The notes beneath the pieces are model-generated. The model was not told the origin of the DNA. It was given only the letters and a program-made list of their open reading frames with translations, and did no database searches. Made by a program: the position numbers and the translations under genes. From the NCBI RefSeq assembly GCF_000002075.1, contig NW_004797759.1:287037-351036 (forward strand): a stretch of DNA of 64,000 nucleotides, read 5' to 3'. Every line of letters begins with the position of its first letter. The first letter of the stretch is position 1. This stretch comes from Aplysia californica (lineage: Eukaryota). Of this stretch, positions 53,901 through 59,900 are shown piece by piece.

Positions 53901-56900
53901 CCCCGATCTTACCAATACCACGCGCTCAGAAGGCCGCGAGTGCCCGCAAGGCCGTGTTTACGCTACCTACTGATACTGTTTGGTTAGACCAGTCAGTGCT
54001 CACTACCTGCTGGTTGGTCATAGAAGTTACGATGCTTGATTTTGATTTTGTCACTTGGATACTGAAATCAGAGCATATTCATGTAACAAATTTAATGCTG
54101 AACATGCTGATTTTTTAAAATTTTAGAAGTATCCTGAGTAGTTTTAAAGGCATGCCTCATTTTGTAACACTGAATGTTAAAACAAAGTTTGGTGAAAAAC
54201 CAAATTTCTAGCTTATTTTATAATCTTTGATGAAGTACATGTACAACACGTTGCAAAAATAACTAATTAAAAATATTTAGACTTAAAGTAGTATAAATCC
54301 TTTCAATATGTTAGTAAGCAATGGTAAAACATGTTTTTTCTGATGGAACTTAATTTTTTAACCAGCTATGACTTTTGTTGCCCATTCACCCTGTTGCTCA
54401 AAAATAACTGTGCTGACTACTTGGACCTTTCTCCAGGCACACTCACTAATTTTTCAATATTTTGTTTAGGTTCCTTAACTTGGTTTTGGCATGTCAAGGT
54501 CCCCAAAAAACTGTGTGGTGGTTGGATGTTTGTTCGAAACTCTGATCTGTTTGAAGATGGTGTCAGATTGTCTTGTAATATGTCTCTGGATATTATTTGA
54601 CTAGAATTGATGAAATGTGTTGGCCTAAGATCACAAGTATAAAAAAGATCAACAGCTTTGTAAACGACCCATCACACCCCCTTTCCAGACAAATTGTAAG
54701 ATGACGCAGATATGTACCTCTAAATACAAAGATAGAAAGATGCTAAAAATATCTCTTGCCATTTTGGTTATTACTGTCAGAATAAACATCAATGTGTATT
54801 GCTTTTTTGAGTATGTATCTATATAACTGTAAAGGTCTTGTAATTAAATTCCTGCATGTGGTTGAAAGATGCATCTGATGTTAAATGTACTTTTTGTCAG
54901 CTTTACTTTCTTTTCGTATTGAATTTTTATGAGAGTAATATATCATTTAATTTGTATGTATACCTGCATGACATTGTGTTTTTAGGGTCCTGTAGAGTCA
55001 AGAACAAAGTTCCTCTGGGACAATAAAGTAATATCTTATCTTATCTTATCTGATTTTGTATGGTCCTATCTCATCTTAGCATATCTTATCTTATCTTATC
55101 TTACTTTATCTTATCTAATGACCAAGACACGTCTATGTTCTGCTAGATGTGTGGGCTCATGAAGAAGCTGAGTCATATGTGAGGCATTGTAGTGGAATAA
55201 AAGAAAATGGAATTTTTCCAGCAGATTTAACAGTTTCTATCAAATTTTTGTCTTTTGTTTTTCGGCTCATCACCTTTTATGTTCATTTGAGAACACATTT
55301 CTGTGTTGATTTTACTGAAAAATGTCGATAAAAGGTGTCAAAATATAAGTTTTCAGTTTTTAAGGATTCTCAAGCTATTGAACTCACCAAACTTTGGTGG
55401 CCATTTTATCTATAATTTTACCCCTGAAACTGAGTGACCCCCTGCCTCATTCAATCATGAATATCTCGACTTCTATTCAAGATAGATGGTTTTTTTTTCA
55501 TTCAAAGCAAGAAAAATGAACGCGCTACACGCCTCATGATGATATCAATAACTCCATAAGGCCAAAAACTGACGAGAGTCTGATTTTATTGTGTCATGAC
55601 ATATATACTCAACACTGGTGCCGGTATAGCGCCTGCGATTTTCGGACAGGCAGTTGTGAAACTTGTTAAAGTAATTGTGTCACGACGCAGTGGAATCAGG
55701 TTCTCATCAATGTTTGGGGATGTGGAGTTATTGATATCATCTTAAAGCTTGTTCATTTTCTTGCTTTTGATGAAAAAATATCCATCTATTGGCCTATAGA
55801 TATTGAATAGAAGTCAAGATATTTATGCTTGAAGGAGGTGAGGGTCGCATAATTTCAGAGGTAAAATTATGAAGAAAATTGCCACCTAAGTTTGGTGAAT
55901 TTTATAGCTTGAGAGTCCTCAGAAACAGAAAATTTACATTTCTGTGCCTTTAATCAATGTTTTTTCAAAAAAATCCGCTCAGAATTGTGTTTTAAATCAA
56001 CTTAAAAGTTGTTGAGCCAGAAAACAAATTTCATTAAAAATTGCCAAAATGGCAGAATATGCCGATTTCTTCGATTACATTTTTCAGACGTGTGCCTAAT
56101 TTCATGATGCTGACTCAAAATTTTTAAAGTCTGTATAGGTGTTAGTTTTTTGTTCTACAATGAAAAGTTGTGCTCTTTGTGATATCACTTTGTTTCATTA
56201 TTTTTTTGGAAATTATTCTTTTTATGTTTGGGCTCGGGTAATATATTAACTCATTAACATGTAGGCCTATTTTTATAACAGGTCAAAGCGTCTCTTGTGA
56301 CTTTGAGTCCAACACTTGTGGATGGTCTCAGAACCAAAATGATGACTTTGACTGGAGGAGGAACACATATGGGACATCTTCTACTAGCACAGGTCCAACA
56401 AGAGATCACACGACTGGTAGGTTAAAGAAGTTTATAATCCAGAGTTGACCCACATCAAGATATGGTGTAATTATTATTATTATCTATTAATAATTAATTA
56501 ATTAATTAATTAATTAATTAATTAATTAATTAATTAATTAATTAATTAATTAATTAATAATGATAAATAATAAGTAGCATTTATATAGCATATGTCCCCA
56601 CCCAACAGCAAAGCTCTCTGCCGTTTGAAATCTATAATATATCCCCAGCAGGTCCTAAAACCCTCAAAAAACGTTCTCAGTTTCTTGGGAGGCATAAGGA
56701 TAATGATAGTAGTAATGATGACGATAATATTAATAATAATAGTAATGGAAATAATTCATTTAGTGCATAANNNNNNNNNNNNNNNNNNNNNNNNNNNNNN
56801 NNNNNNNNNNNNNNNNNNNNNNNNNNNNNNNNNNNNNNNNNNNNNNNNNNNNNNNNNNNNNNNNNNNNNNNNNNNNNNNNNNNNNNNNNNNNNNNNNNNN

Positions 56901-59900
56901 NNNNNNNNNNNNNNNNNNNNNNNNNNNNNNNNNNNNNNNNNNNNNNNNNNNNNNNNNNNNNNNNNNTCGTAAACTGTCTGTGGTGTTAGAATCTATAATT
57001 ATGACAATTTCTTTGGGGAAGGAATTCCAAATTTTAGGGACCTAAGAAGAAAAATCTCTTTCACTCCGCTTATTTAATTTTACAGTGGGTACTTTCATGA
57101 GATTACCATCTGCAGATCTCAGATATCTTGATGGCACACTCAGTTAGACCTTTAGGATATTGTGGGGCCTTATTGTTCATTCATTTGTGACATGTGTGTC
57201 GTGATTCAGTGGAATCAGGAGTTTGTCAATTTTTGGGCATGTGGAATTATTGATATCATTTGAAAGCTGATTTATTCGCCTTTATTCCAGTGAAATAAAT
57301 ATCCATTTATCTTGAATAGAATTCAAGATATTTGCGATTGAAGGAAGTGAGGTTGCCTGGTTTCAATGCTAAAATTAGCGAGAAAATAGCCGTCAAAGTT
57401 TGGTAACTCCAATAGCTAAAGAGGCTTTGAAAACAGCAAAATGACATATTTTATGCCTTTCATCAATGTTTTTCAGTAAAATTTACATTGAAATGTATTT
57501 TTATATGGACCTTAAAGAGGTTAAGGCAAAAAATAAAAATTCGATAAAACTTTCCAAACTGCTGGAAAAATGCCTTTTTCTCAAATTTCGTTAGTTTGAC
57601 GAGTGCCTGATTTCACCACGCTGTCTCACATATATGTCATCTGCAGATCTCAAATATCTTGTTGGCATATATATATATATATATGACTCAATTGTATATG
57701 ACTCTATTAAGATATTGTGGTACCTTGTTGTTTATGCATTTGTCACATAAAAGAACTATTCTATAATCAATTCTTGCTTTTACTGGTAGCCAGTGTAACT
57801 TTATCAATAAATGTGTTATGTGTTGTTTTGGGGATTTTTTAAAGACAAAATGCGCAGCTCTCTTTTGTAGCTACTGCAGTCTGTTAGTCATTTTCAAACT
57901 TAAATTGGCAAGGAGAGAATTACAGTAATCAATATAGTGCTTGCTGCAGGTTACACATGATAAAACACTATCTGATGAAATCTTTCACAGTCTATTACAA
58001 TTACCACCTGAATGAAATGAGGAAAATACGTGTAAAGTGCCTTTCTCAGGGACACAACATTAAGCCCCTGACGGAGTTTGAACCCACAACCTTTTAGTTG
58101 TGAACCCAACAGCCTAACCACTAGACCACCGCCATTAGAGGGGGTGGGATAAATTAACTCATTCGCTACGTATTATTTTCGGCTTGTGGACGAATTTTTT
58201 TTGGGAGGGCGAAATGAGATGATGACTAGTGCACAGTTCACAGGTCCTTGGGGCCATAAATTCAAGTAAATATCAACATATTATATACCAACATTTTCAG
58301 TATGGTTTGTAGAATACATCTGTATTGTTTATTTGCGTATTTTTCAACTTTGGTTCCTGTAAGAGGCAATTATGCAACACAATTGTGATTGGCTGCGGAT
58401 AAAATTTGAAAATAAAAAATTAATAATCTCAGGTGAAACTCTAAAAATATGTTTGCACCTAGTCAAATGATGCATCAAAATAACCATAACTGTATATAGA
58501 ACAGGAAAATATTGAAAAAAGTGCAGTTATTTACATACATTCCATAATATTTGTACATTTGGATCATAACATCCGATATTGAAATAAAAAATAATTTTAA
58601 AAATAATTTTGAAAAAGGATCACAAACGGAAAAAAACACTCGTATCTTATATGGAATTATTCAGAATTGCATTTGAAATAAACCTATACATGTCTTGAGT
58701 GGTACTTTTTGAGTACTTTCCCCAAAAAGTAGTGATTTTGGCGATAAAAAAATATTTTGACTATTTAGCTCTAGGCCTTGATCTAGTACTCAAAAATATT
58801 GATTTCTCAATTACAGTACACTGGCAATTTGAGTTCAATAGTATCAATATTATAAAGAAGAGTCCTACATTTCTTAAGTGAGCAAAATAATGATACATTT
58901 TGTTGTGTAAAAGTACTAAGATTGAAGTCTTGGCTATAATTTGGGTTTCGCGATAAAACAATGTCGCATAAACTTCGAAATCGTGTTTCAAAACTGAATC
59001 AAAACTTCCGATTTTCGATGGAAACGCTTGACCCTGAATTCAACATTATATTGTGACCTTTATTTTAACATGGATATGTGGATTGGAATAGAAACCAAGC
59101 TAAAATTGAACGTCGGTTCTCGAGCCGCCGGGGGCGGCTTAGCGTACTGACGGCACTTTAGCCGCCCCCCCCCCCACAGCTCAGCGTAGCGAATGAGTTA
59201 AACAGAAGGGTGTTCATATTGACAAATTTGACGATGTTTGTTTGACGGTTTATTGAAAAAGATGTCAAAAAGATCAAATTATTGCTCTTTAGATGGGTCC
59301 TCTTTTTTAAAATAATTTTTTTTAGACACAGATTAGATAATGCGTCTGGATAATGATATTATATTGTTCATATATTTGTCCGCAGGATTTGGCTATTACA
59401 TGTACATTGAAACCAGTTCTTACAACTATGGCGATAAAGCAGTTTTAACTAGTGCACAAATTTCAAGGCCTACAGGTTCAACAAAGTGTTTCTCAATGTG
59501 GTATGTAATAATGAGATTGTCTAAACAATTGAAGACCTGAGAGCAACAACAAGGTTAAGTCACATTTTCCTAAAAATAGAGATCTGCATGTCATCCGACA
59601 AAGGACTATCTATTAGTAGCACTGGCAAAGCGCTATTCTCTTCCTAGGTCCAGTTATTCTTGTCCAAAAATGCAAAGGCTAAATGCAACAGCAAGGTCAA
59701 GTCCAATAAAAAGTCTTTTTAAGCCCTCTGATCGGAACCATCTTGAATGTGTTTCACGAATTAGGTTTTTGGCTCATTTTCCGGAAATCAACTAAATGTG
59801 ACTTGACCTTGGTGTTTTTCTCAGGTCTTCAATTTTGTACGTTACACATGTTTTTTCCTTCCCCCTCTTGTGTCGACAGTGTTTAATCTTGTTCTTTTAT

